Shown here in pieces: positions 39,328 to 52,578 of a DNA stretch of 64,000 nucleotides. The stretch's first letter is position 1; each line of letters starts with the position of its first letter. Both the position numbers and the translations under genes were made by a program. The stretch is taken from NCBI GenBank assembly GCA_036630325.1, contig CP142737.1, positions 1-64,000 of the forward strand, in the 5' to 3' direction. Below the pieces are notes generated by a model. It saw only the letters and a program-made list of their open reading frames with translations. It did no database searches and was not told where the DNA came from. This DNA comes from Vairimorpha necatrix (lineage: Eukaryota).

Positions 39328-41304
39328 AATATCATTGAAGAAATAGAACAATTTATAAAGAAGATTGCATCTACTAAAAACATTGACTCTATTGTATTGT
39401 CATACTCACAATATGAATATAGAGAAAGTAACGGAATTGTAAAAAAAATTATAGAAAAGTTAAATCAAATAAATGATGAAAGAAGAATAAAACAGAAAGG
39501 AGCCGAAATTTACTATGAAAATATATGCGTTCGGGGTTGTTTATTGCACAATATTCTCGAGAAGAAGCATAAGTTCAATTCAAAAAACTTATCTAAGGTG
39601 CAAAACCCAGAACCCACGCTGAGTTACCGCAGAAACGAAGACGATAATAGTTACTATCTCGAATTATGCGTTAAAATAAATAAAATCTGTTATTTGTTTG
39701 AATTCGATATGAACGAACTTGACAATAAAGAACTTAATACTATGGTTAAAATAAATATAGGGAATATGTGTCATTACGATGCAAAAATACTTAAGAATTT
39801 ATTTGAAATTTTCAACGTCAAGGATTTATATCATATTGAGGCAAATGGTGAGATTGGAATATTAGAAATTACACCAAACAAAATCGAAAAGATAATGCCT
39901 AAAAAATTCAAAATAGAGATACACCCAGACTTTATAAACTTCTTTGATGGATATAGAAAAAATTCTGTATATTTAAAAAATGAATCAAACAAGGACGATG
40001 GTGAAAAAAAATTTATAAACAATATTTTTTTTAATGAAATTAAGAAAATATTGGAAAAGATTAATTTTATAGCGAATACAAAAGATTATGAATGTGTTGA
40101 ATTTTTTTACAGATTACTAAAAAATTACAACAAAGTTGAATTTCTTATTTTGAGAATAATGAACAAAGAAAGATCTGCATTAAAAATAATATTTAATTTT
40201 ATTATTAAACATATTTACATCGTAGATGAAGATGAATTGGATTACACAACAGGTGAGATAATATTTAGATCAAACAATGAAGAAGATGTTAAAAACAAAA
40301 TGTTAAAAAACTTATCCTATGAATTGTCAGGGAACCAACTTTCCGAATGTTATTTAATAAAAATTTGCCTACTTTTTGAAGCAGAAGAATTTATTAATAA
40401 AAAAAACATAAACAACGAAATTATTTGGGAATCATTAATAGATATAAATGAATATATACAAGAGAAAAATAATGAAAAGATATCTCGTTCAGATAGAAAT
40501 AGCAGATGTATTAATATCGTAAAAATCATAAAGGAAGTAGAAAATTACCATATCCACAATATTATAAAATATAAAAACGAAGTTTTGAAAAATGTCTGGA
40601 AAATAACGTCAATATTTACAGGATTGGTTAGTTCTAGTTTTGTATACAAAGATACCAAGGAAGATTTTAGAAGAAAGAAAATTTGTGAAAACTTTCAACT
40701 TGATGAAAATGAGATAGAGGAAAAGGCCAATATTATAGAAAATAATCTACAAAAAAATACAGATGAAGATGAAGAATATGAAAAAAAGAGAAAGTTAAAA
40801 GAGCAAGAAACAAAAAAAATAAGAGAAATGTTAAAAAATTCATCATTAGATAATGATTTAAACATAATTAAATTAAATCCCCTGGAAGAAGAACTTAAAG
40901 ATATTTTCGACGAAGAAATTGGTACATATTATGAAAATGAGCAAATAAAAAAAGGGAAAATAATTATCGAAAAAATATTTAATGAATACATAAAAAAAAA
41001 TGAAATACAAGAAGAATCTATAAATGAATATAAAAATGAATTGGAAGATGATTTTTTACAAATTTTGAGAAAGAATATAGAAGTTAGATTAAGAAAACAG
41101 GCCCCGATTGAATTACCTAAAGCTTTTAATAATTTATTTGAAAGTGAAATAAAAACATGTCACGTAGAAAAGGTAAAATTAAGAAAAATTTTTGAAAATG
41201 TTAAAATGATGTTAGATGAAACAATAATTCTAGAATTATTGAACAAGACTGAAGGAATGAAAATGCAAAAATCATTTACTAAAGCTTTAGAGACCTTTAA
41301 ATAA
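39328..41304 (+). pseudogene. 3' part of the interrupted host gene; paralogue of the gene at 61931
   Basis: Frame is open from the TSD onward. Shared blocks with the paralogue: KGAEIYYENIC/KGREIYYENIC, FYRLLK, KICLLFE/KICLLLE, SIFTGL/SLFTGL, INEYKNEL/INEYKEEL. Confidence 0.85.
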
Positions 41305-43370
41305 TCAATTAAATATTTTTATTTTATTTTCTAAAATGTTTTATAAGATGCAGGATATCGTTCATACAGCAATTAGTTATCTTCAACATAGAAATTACGG
41401 ATATTGTTGGATATTACTTTATTTAGAGGTATTCTTGTTTGGCGATTTGTAAGCGATTTTTGTTATAACTTTTATAATTTTAACATTATAATCTTGGTGT
41501 TAAATTTATCAATGGTCTCTTTTTGTAAAATCATTATAATGTCTTTTTTGATTTATAGTATACTCCACGTATCTCTTTTTAAATTTTTTTTTATTTTAGG
41601 AATTACTTTATATAACATTTTTATAAATTGAAGGCTACGAATATAAAATTTTTAATAATAACAACAGAGAATGAAGATGCAAATTTTTATTAAACGCAAA
41701 TGAATTTCTTTTAAAATAATTAAGCATAACACATAAATCCGAACAAAATATTTGCTTTTACATTTGTTGACATTAAAAACATGTATAAATAGCAATGCAC
41801 ATGTGATACAATCCTTTCTCGAAGTATTCATATGTCCATATGATATAAAAAGATCTTGAAGCCTGTCTAATGCGAAAGAGCAAATGATGAAATTGAGAAG
41901 ATGCTGATAGAATATGTGACTAAGTGTGATAAACGTACAAAATGCAAATTCGAAAGATAGTGGCGTCTTGATGATAAAGCTAGTAAAATATATCTTAAGC
42001 GTAAATATCCCAAGATATTAAAAGTTTTAAAGAGCCAATTTCATAAGCAATGCAGGGTTTTTAGGTCCAATACAATATAATTGAGACAAATACATCTTAT
42101 AATTTATTATTTATTTTTCATATGAATTTAACGGAAAAGAATTATTAAAAGTATATTATGTATCTTTATAATAGCAATTGTTCGTATTTACGATACAAAA
42201 TTACGTTAATATTTGAAAAAATATCGAAATGCTTTTAAAAACTTTTTATTACGTGTATGGATGGATAAAAACAAAATCTACGGATGCAGTGGTAGTAAAG
42301 AGAAATATCATTAAAAGTAAATTTATGAAAACAAGTATGAACCAAGTTCAAACATCGATTTTAAAATTAATAATCAAAAAAGGCATTTTTTTTAAATTCG
42401 TTAAAATATGATCATAATACCGTACGGGTCAAATTAAAATAAAGGAATGGTTAACTATATTGTACAACATATTTATAAAAGAATAAATAAATTATTCGGA
42501 AAGAGCTTATATTTATTAATCATCTATATACGTTATAACTACATGGGTTGATATTGCTTATATGAGATTTTATCCATAGAATCTGAAATATAAATCATTA
42601 AACAAATGTCCAAACGCGTAAACGTTCTACATATTCTTAATATTATTGGTTTTACTATCGTTCTCTAGTTTTTTTGTGTCATTTACAAAAATTATCTTCA
42701 TATGAAGTGGTTTCTTGATATTGCTTAAAAAATTGTACGATTATCAGTATAAGAATTCTTTTGTACATAATGTATTTTAAAAAAATATTTTTTAGTACAT
42801 AAACATTAGAATTCATAGAAAACATTATAAAAAAATGTAAAAAATATTTTTTTGCAATAAATAATGTTTACTAATATGTTTTTTATTCTATAATATATTT
42901 GTATTTAGAAGCAATTTCTCCAATGTTCAGAATTATTGTTTTATTCTACACGACTGCATGCGTCAAGTGATTAGCAAAAAGCTCATTTTAATTAAAATAT
43001 ATACAGTTACATGAATAACTAAGAGTAAAAATGCCTTGTTTTCTTTATTGGACCATGTTAGTACTGATTTTTTTTCATAACTTTCATAGACCTTTATCCA
43101 ATGGATGAGACAGTCAGCTATTGTTTAGCATCAGTATTCTTATTAAATAATCTATCTGTTAGAATTTGAGTAACTTTTTGCGTTTTTCCGCGCAGAGATA
43201 CCCCAGGGTAATTTGAAGTCGAAGCTAGAGCTCATTCCTTGGAGTTGAACGTAAAAAAGTTGAAGGTTTGCAAAAATAGATCTAAATTTGGGAATTACAA
43301 CCCTAAAATGAGAAACTAAGGAGAACTAAGAAATTCAAGATCAGATATTTTTTCTACTAATAAAGCAGCC

Positions 43371-44100
43371 ATGGATTTCTTGAAGAAAGCAATATGTCTG
43401 AAATGTTCTGAGAGTATGGTTTTATACACGATGTTACGTATTGTAACAATTTCCGACAAAGATGTTTAACTTGGTGTGTATAAAAATAAAACAGTTTTGG
43501 AGGTCTAAAAAAACCAACTCAAAGTAGACATATGCGACTACATAATTATAATGTCTTCGTGGCAAGAAAAAAAATTATGAATATAATACAGATAGAAATT
43601 TTATAGTGAATTAAAAACTATTGAATCTAAAAAGTACAATAATAGGAGTAATATCTGAAGACAATGAAACAACATGAAGGAAATTAGGCCCTGATCGCCC
43701 TATACAAGTGGATAGAGTGTTATAATCAAAGAAATTTATAATATCTCCTTCAGAAATGTATGATTCGCTCATTAAATCTACTTGGATAATTGGTGAGTTG
43801 AAAAAAAACTAAAAAGCTTCTATTTAAAGTTTTACCTATTGTAAAAAAGAAATTTTTTTTGACTGTTTGCTAAAAACAAACTCTCCAGGTCTGTTTTATA
43901 ACTGTTGGGCTCAGATCTTACTCATACGCTTTTGCTGGAATGGTAAAGAACATAAAATCGTGAAGCATGAAAAAGGATTTGCCAATGCTGATGGAATTAC
44001 ACTAATTTACAAGAATGAAGTAGTCTTTTTTAAAATCTGATATTCAAGGGAGGGATGAGATACCGGGTTGTTCAATGCCGGATAGATAGAAGAATATAAA
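43371..44100 (+). pseudogene. Merlin/IS1595(ISXO2)-like DDE transposase remnant
   Basis: Broken-frame motifs ICLKC, KLGPDRPIQVD, STWIIG, PG-VFIT-G-RSY and EHKIVKHEKGFANADGI match the VQIDE, WxxG, TDxxxxY and HxxVNHxxxF...GxHTN pattern. Confidence 0.7.
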
Positions 44101-46439
44101 CCGAGAAGAGTAAAATAAAAATTCATAATTATAAGTCCTATAAAGGCGCACTTAAAACTTTTGATTCTTTTACATTAAAGTTAAAATTTTAATTTCTTTT
44201 TTTCTCTATAATTTTTTAAGGATCTCCCTTTTACAAAATAAATACCAGGAATAGACCCTAAGCCTCTTTTATTATTTAAAACAAAAACAAAAATACAAAA
44301 AGATAAAGATTAGGTATAATAAACATAATGTTTAAATATCGTTTACCACATGGAAAGCATACGGTAGTTCTTTTATAATTTTTTATGAATGTCCAATAAA
44401 TTTTAAAAAACTTTTCTAATTATATTTTGGAAGTGGGGTTATAAAAAAAACTTAATTTAAAAAATGTCAATACATGTTATACGCACACTTAATTTTAAAT
44501 TTCAACATTTAATATAATTTTATATTATAACGAAAATAAGATCATAATAGTTAGTTTAGAATTTAAAACAAAGAAAAATTATATATTAAGATCTTTGTAA
44601 AGTAGTATATAGAAGCTTATATGATGTTTTTATGCATGTCACTTGTATAATGTTGTCTTAACAAACTAAGAATTATTTTTTAAAAAAAAAGTGTGTTTGT
44701 CATTTCTAAAAAGGTCTGGCTTTCCGAAATTTGTTGAGGCAAAATTCCATTATGTATTAAGGGTTTTCGTTTTTTATTTCAATATTAAGGATCTAAACAT
44801 GTATCACGAAGAAAAGAAAAGTGAAAAATAATGAGTCCTCGGCAGCTAAATAATGTGATCACCCATATAATACAAATGGATAGATTTGGTTGGCTACTAT
44901 ATTATCTAGAAACATTTTTAAAGATACTATTAAAAAGAAAAGGCAATTGACAGAAACAAAATATTTCAATACACTATGATAATTTATTTGATTAAAAAAT
45001 GCAATTCATGCAAGCAGCAAAATTTAGGTTGTTTTTAGTAATAAAGATTAGACAGAGTATATTAGATAAAACACCGCATAATAATACTAAAAAAAATTCA
45101 AATTAGAATTTGTTATTTCAAAAAAATAATTTCAAGATTTTAACACGTCAACTCTAATAGTTGTGAGAAATATTTCATCACTTTGTACTTTTATTAATTA
45201 TCAATCTTATTCTTTGGATTTTTGCTTTTGTTAAGAAAAGTAAATACGGGGTTATGAATAAATCTCATCTCGATATATTTCTCATTAGTTTATTTCATGG
45301 CTCTAATTATAATATTGCTTGTGATACATAATTTTGCTTTCTTCTAAAATACTTCGAAAAATGAATTTTGAAAATAAACGTGAAACAAAAAAAATTAGTC
45401 TTTTTTAAGAAAGGCAATATAAGTAATGAAAAAACAGCCCCACACTCTATTTATTTTGTATAGAACAAAATAAAATCTAAGGAATTTTATTGTCATTAAT
45501 TTTTCTAATAATTATTTTCTAGTTTTCAACGAAACAAAAAAGAAAACTGCTAAAACTAGCTCATAGAATAAGAACTAAACATTTGGCGCTTTATTTACAG
45601 CCCATTTATATTACTAAATCGGTTCTTAATTGTACCCATATTTATATTCGCATCTAATAAAAAATTTCAAATTAATCTTTTTATTCTTTTCTTAATGAAT
45701 CTAATATATCTGAAATAATTTCACGATATTTTTAAATTCTGAAATTTTTATTTTATTAAACCTTTATTTTAAAAATTCCAAAACCTTTCATATTTTGACT
45801 TTTTTTCCCCATCGACAATTTTACTTTTGAGTAAATTTATTATCGATATATAAAACATTCATGACGATTTTTTAAAAAATACTGAAGTATAGTTTTAATC
45901 TGAGTATGAACTATCTATTAAAATATTTTTTATTTGTTTATTAAACATTCTTTTATTCATGTAAACAAATTTTTAATTTTAAATTTGATTTTCCCTTTTT
46001 CGTTTTCATCATGACTATTATGTAAAATTATTTGCCAAATTTATCGAAAAACATGTTTAACTTTTCTTTTTTTGCTTTAATTACGTATCCTTTTAAAATT
46101 TTTCCTTTTCTATTGTATTGTATTTTTTATTTTTTTTTCTATTAATTTATTATTTAATTTTATTGTTTTTCATAATAGTTTCTTTTGCAAGACCAAATTT
46201 AAAAGGATTTTATATTGTTTTTTTTGTGTTTTTATAAAAAGTATTTCAAGATATTTATAAACCTAAAGTTTGTATATAATCACCACATTACAAATTTTAT
46301 CTATAACTAAATTTTCATTTCATAAAAGAGTAAATTATATACATTTGCAATCTTACTAAACGGAGTAAATTAAATATTTAAACATATTCTATGTTTTTCA
46401 TCAATATTAATGCCCCTAGTTACTCATAATAAACCCGAT

Positions 46440-47165
46440 TATATTTAGACAAAAATTCTAGCATATGGCCTATAAAGAATATCATTTATGCTTAGCAATA
46501 TTTTGTAGACAGTGCAAAGAAAAAAAAATAAAGACAGTAGATCATCTAGCAAGATTTTGCGATCGTAGGCCATCATTCGATTGTACTATATGACATAATG
46601 ACGAATTAGAACCATTTACCTCCAACTATGCTTAGAGTACGGACTGAATTTTTTTATTTATACTTGAACAAAGTGCAAGAAAAAATAACTAATAATAACG
46701 CAGGAATTTGGGTAGACAAAAGGAATTTTACTGAAATAAAAAAATTTAATAAGCCTCATATACATGTGCTGGACAAGAAAAATAAAAAAATAACACTAAC
46801 GAAATACTAATAACTTCCCTGGAAAATTTACACAAAGTATAACATGAAAATTTTAGAATGTACAATATTTTTCAAATGAATTGGCCCTAATGCATAAATT
46901 CAAAGTTTAAAAAAACCATAAGTAATGACATGGGACGGAATCGAGACAACAAATCACAGCAATTATGTTAATGCCATTGGCCTTTGGAATAATACTGAAG
47001 TTACATCAAAATTAATTATAATGAATACACTAAAGAGCATCATCTTTCACCATGAATAGAAACTTTCCGAGGTAAATCCGGAATCAAGAACATAATAGAG
47101 CTTGAAGAAGGGGGTGGCCAGAAATAGTGCGCGGCAGTGTGGGCAAACTGAATAAAACAAACCAA
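46440..47165 (+). mobile_element. 3' portion of a non-LTR retrotransposon (zinc finger plus restriction-like endonuclease, R4/Dong-like)
   Basis: Degenerate translations: KTVDHLARFCDR...*HND, KVQEKITNNNAGIWVDKRNFTEIKKFNKPHIHVLDKKNKKITL (PD...E motif region), NELALMHK, VMTWDGI. A-rich tail at ~47150. Confidence 0.75.
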
Positions 47166-50100
47166 ACAATAATTTCAATTAAAAATTTATATACCCAACA
47201 ATATTAATTTTTAAAAGATTTATTGTTTACATAAGTTTGTTTCTAGGAGTAAACTATCGGCTAGCAAAAATTATCATCTTTATAAAGAGACTCTATTATA
47301 TCTGATATTATTTTTTGTTGTTCTGTAATGTTCGTTTCATTATATTTGTTTTGCGTAATTAAAATATTCTATATATCGTAAACTTTCTCATACGACAATA
47401 AACGACAAAATCGTTTTTATTGCAGATTTTGATTTGTTAATAATATTTGAAAAAATATATATAATCATAATAAATATGTAATTTGTTAAAAATATTTAGC
47501 TAGAACATCATAGCATCACTTAGGACAATTGCAAATAATGAAAGTTGCATTACAATTCCTGCTTATGTAAATTTTTTTACTAAGTCTTTATCTTTAAGAA
47601 TTTTGTAAAAATGTTCCATGCTTTTGAAATTATTTTTTGTTTTGTTTTTATCTGGATTTAAAAGTGTTATTTTCATTGTTCATTTTAATTTTTGCTTATT
47701 ATAATGTATACCTTAAAAAATAGTGCTAGTTTAATATAAATAATAGATTTAAAAGGTTTTTTGGATATTTGATCTTTGTTTTTTTTTTCAATATGATTTA
47801 TGCAAACTCATATGACAAGATTTGTTGTATAAAATTCTATGATGTAAAAATATTACAAATGTAATTGCTTACTACAAACATGTCCCTAATTTCTTAAATC
47901 TTAATAAGAAAAGGGCATTAAAAGAAAAGCCCTTTAACATATTAGCAGTAAAAATTAAAATTTCTCTTTTGTGTTTTTGTAATTTATTACTTGCCTCATA
48001 TATTTTTTCATAAATGATTTTAATACAATACGTCTTAACTATAATTGATGTATTAATTATAATGTGTGAACACAAACTCTTCCACACTTTGATATTATCC
48101 CTGATAATATAATCATATAAAAGCACATTTGAATTAATATTTGAAAATCTAAAAACATTACAACTTCTCTTTTATTTAGATTATATTGTCAACTGTAGAT
48201 TTATTTTTTGTGAGAGGTAAACCCCTTTCTACCTATACTAATCACAGTTTCAAATGTATCTACTACATTTCATATATTACTACTTATCTTTAAAAATTCG
48301 CATATATAGCCATTTATTAATTAGTAAATAAGCATCAAAACACATATAATACCCCATATAGCTTTTCATAGCATTGTTATTTAACTTTTCGTATTGCAGA
48401 TGCTTATTTTCGACAAAGTCAAACTTCATATTTTTTTAGATATTAGTATAGAGTAAACTATCCTCATTTATATAAAATTACATTATACTAAATTAAAGGT
48501 CATTCCAACGCCATGGTTTATATTGTCATTTATAGGTTAATTTGAAAGATTATATATCCGTTTTTTATTAATATATAGATATAAATGTTATATCCTGATG
48601 AGAAAGTGGTAAAACTATAATTTATATTTCAATTGATAATAATTTTAGACTAAAATTTCAAAGTACGTAATTAATCTTAATATATTTGTCTTGTGATATA
48701 TATTTTATTGTATTTTTTCATTCTTATTAACCCATATACCATTTTAATAAAACTTTTAATATAGAAATCTAAAATATTAATATCTAACGAAGAATATGAT
48801 CTGTTATCGTCTAGTCCCGAGTTTTTTAAAATTTTGGTTGTATATATGACTCGCACTATATACTGTTTTAAACTTATTTTAAAATATTTTTGCAGATCAA
48901 TTACATTTTTAGATCAAGGTAAAAAATTCTAGTATATAACACACAAAAACTTTATAAACGTATATAAACTGTAAGAAAAAAAATTTAAAATCATGTCGAG
49001 ATATAAAGTTATGCTTTTATAGTATGTTTATAGCTCTAGTATTATTTATTTTTATTGTATTTGACAAATACTCTTTTCTATAAAATATTGTTAGTAATTT
49101 CTCGTTATATAACCTCAGAAAGTTTCAGGTTCTACGTAAACAGAACATGAAGAGATCATGATGCTAAAAATCGGAGAGAATGTTCCTACCCCAGAATAAA
49201 AGAATTTTAATAGATTAACAGAAATTTAGGTAAAAGCAATAGAAAGAATTACAGAAACTTCCATTGTAGATGCTTGAACGACGAGGTTTCTGTCGCACCG
49301 TTGAAACTAGATTATTTTAAAAAAATAAATTGTTTGTTGTTTATGTTCTATAATTATTATTTTTTTTACATAAATTAAATATATATATTTTTTAAAAATA
49401 ATAATTAGCATAAGAATTTATGAGCTCTAAATTTTTATTTTTGTTTTTGGATTCTTGCATTAAAAACTCATCATAGGAAATATTAGTTCTCTATTTATAT
49501 AAATATAAGTACATTTATTGTTTTACAAAGGCAAGCATATTTTTTACATAAAGACAGTGTACTTGTTGAAATTTTTATATCTATCTGAACTCATTCGATG
49601 CCTAAGCTTCAACTAGAATTCATAATAAATGTTTGTTTTAAGCTGTCTGTAGTATTTTGGATTACTTAATAACTTAAAAAGGGGAATTTGAGATATCAAT
49701 ATGTACATACATCGATTTCATATTTATTTAAAAAAAATACCAAAAAAATAAAGTTTTAGAATACATGCAGACTTTAGTTGTTCTATGTTGATAAGGTAAT
49801 TGTTTATGAACAATATAATTAACTATAATCATACATTTAAAAAAAAAAATATTTTCTAGATATTTGCTTCAGTTGTATTTTCGATAAAAGCCTTTTATAA
49901 TAAAATATACAATTGTAGACTTTTTTATAATATGTTTTGAATATTTTTCACAGAATTCGATCCATAAAAAATTTGTTAATATAGAAAATATTGAAAAATT
50001 ATAAAAATGCTTTACGTATTTAAATTCTATAAGTTTATAATGTTTCCCTAATTTATAAATTCCGTCTGATCTCTACATTTTCAAATAAATTTTATAAGTT

Positions 50101-50286
50101 TGCGTGCCCTGAACAATTGTACTGTTATTGTCTATGTTGGTCTCACGCTTATGACCTTTTGTGGTAATTATTTTTATTATGCCCAATCACAATCTATAAA
50201 ACCATAGTGAATTTCATGATATATATCTACAGAAACATTTATTATTTACAAAATGTAATTTTTTCACATGACAGTAAATTCCTATT

Positions 50287-50945
50287 GGTACATGACCGTT
50301 TGGAACCCGCTTTAGGAAAATAACCCCGCATTGGGGAAATGAACCCGGTTTGAAATTTTAAAGAAACTCCCCTTTTTAAAAAAAATGGCAAAATTGGCAA
50401 AAACAATGTTTGTTGAGGCAGATGAGGTTTTTAATGATGAATTGATTTATACATGGAATATAATAAAAGGTTTATTTTGGAAACATTTGATGCTGAATCG
50501 GCGTGCGCCTTGCTCGTTTCTGTAACTAGTAGAAATACTGCTTTTTCCTTGAGGTAATACAAGAAAATGTATAACCTCTTTCTATTATGATCGCTAATCG
50601 ATGGGTAGCATATGATGCCACATTAGCTAAGCAAAGGGATGGAGCACAGTACTAAGAATCACTCCATAAATGCTGTAACCTCTAGCGATTCCGAGTCACC
50701 ATCCGCCATATAATTTAGTTGGTTTGGGCTCATATCTATAAGAGATATTCGATCTAGAAATAAACAAGGAAGAACACTATGAGCACCTTTTACAGTTCCA
50801 CTGGGCTTTCCAAATTCCCAAAAAATAACGGATAAATTGTCTTCTGTCATTATTTAAAATAAATCATCAAGTCCTTTTTTTATAACTTTTTTTTATTTTT
50901 CCCTTTTTTGAATTTTTCAAAGCGGGTTCCAAACGGTCATGTACC
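50287..50945. mobile_element. Merlin-type MITE (659 bp)
   Basis: Perfect 27-bp TIR GGTACATGACCGTTTGGAACCCGCTTT, perfect 8-bp TSD TTCCTATT (50279-50286, 50946-50953), no long ORF. Confidence 0.92.
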
Positions 50946-51931
50946 TTCCTATTTGATTTTACTCAATTTCATTGATTTTATGCGTACTGTGCTAATTATA
51001 TTGTAACTAAATTACCATAGCAATTATTCTCTTGTCTATAATAGAACATGTATTAGCTAAATCAAATTGAAAGAGTATGTTTATTATTGGTTTTTGTGAA
51101 TTCATCGTAAGCAACTCACCATAAGCAATTAATCGAAAACTTATAATATGATTTTTTAGGGATATCCATTCTAATAATATTCAACTGCTATACTATGCAA
51201 TATATATTTAATCCATACATAATCAAATTTAAATTAAATATATATAATGGATATTCCTAAGAGAAATTAATATTTTGATTTTTCATTGAATTGATTTAGG
51301 TCAATTGCTATTCGGTGAATTCTCAGGATACCTTTTTTATTCTTGAGATATTAGGACGAATTTCGGGGTTGCTCTCATAACCCCCTCAATTTAGCTTATG
51401 GTTTCTGTGGTATCATAAATACTGCGTAGCTCCAAATTAGTGGTCATCCTGTTTTGTAACCTAACTCTTGACTAGTTGACTTGTTGATCGCTGCACACAC
51501 GTTTTTAACAACTTAAACTTTACCAAATACGTCTGGTTGTATCCTCAGCTTTATATTAACGATATACTTAGGATCACTGGATTATAAAATAGGTGTATAT
51601 ATAGAGAAATGATTAGATTCTGATCATCTGATGTTTTTTTTTTAAATAAAGTATACAACAACACACATTCGATTAATTATCTATATTTTTATATCTCTCA
51701 ATAAAACAAAATCGAGTATAATACAATATAACTACATCATTAAATGTGCTTTGTCTATCTGATAGGAAGCAAAGCTCATAGAATTATTCTTTAATGATTG
51801 TACAAAATATTGTTGTTGTTAAGGGTTGAATAAAGATATTGAAAATAGGAGGGTAATCAACGAAAAGAATTATTTTTTGATACAAACTAGAAACGAAAAT
51901 TACGCACTGGAAACAGATAGAATGTAACTAC

Positions 51932-52152
51932 TATAAAAGATTTATTGAGTTAATTTATCATTAAGCTTAGGATTTCATAGCACATCTTTCCCCGTTATCG
52001 CTCATGATTAGCAAATTCCAAGACTTTGGTTTCTGTGGAATTATTAATATTTTCCAACTTCACTTTTTCGGCTTCAGTCCCCTTTGCCGACACCACTTCT
52101 TTAACAGTCGCCATATTAACTAGTGCGATTACAGCTCTAGTCACTTCTTCTT
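51932..52152 (-). mobile_element. LINE 3'-end fragment, related to 19402-19620
   Basis: Shared tataaaagatttatt, agactttggtttctgtggaat, aacagtcgccatatt and ttacagctcta blocks. Confidence 0.6.
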
Positions 52153-52184
52153 TTCCAATGTAACTAAAAGCAATAATTTTTTAA

Positions 52185-52302
52185 AATTACAGCACCCTGC
52201 TTTTCCGAGCGGCCTCCCATCTCAGTACTCACAAGGCTCTTACTGGCTTAACTTCGGAGAGCTGACGAGTTCCGGTGCTTTACAGTAGATATGGCCGTAA
52301 TT
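52185..52302 (-). rRNA. 5S rRNA (dispersed copy)
   Basis: AATTACGGCCATATC...CTCGTCAGCTCTCCGAAGTTAAGC...AGTACTGAGATGGGAG...GGTGCTGTAATT, ~118 nt, with paired termini and ending in a T4 run. Confidence 0.93.
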
Positions 52303-52477
52303 GAATTAAAACAATATAATTTTAATTAATAATGTATAATTGACGTTAAACATCTGCTTGTGTATTATACTGATAAGTGATTTATTTTTTTTTATTGTAC
52401 AATTCGAATTTTTTAAATTTATAGATTAAGAGATACACGTAAACACAAATGGTTATTGTCAATAACTTAATTCTTGT

Positions 52478-52578
52478 TTTCCATCTCCTCTAAGGAATTG
52501 TTTCTAAATACTTTTTGTAGCCAATCAAATCTGTCCATTTGTAAGAAGATGATTAGTCAGTATAAGATCGGCTACGAC
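52478..52578 (-). repeat. Dispersed ~100-bp repeat, copy 3
   Basis: High similarity to 23096-23197 (tttctaaatactttttgtagccaat.aaatctg). Confidence 0.6.

Noticed and set aside
41850-42060. Possible pogo/CENP-B HTH transposase remnant
   Set aside because: Only a few residues in broken frames; not supportable by eye.
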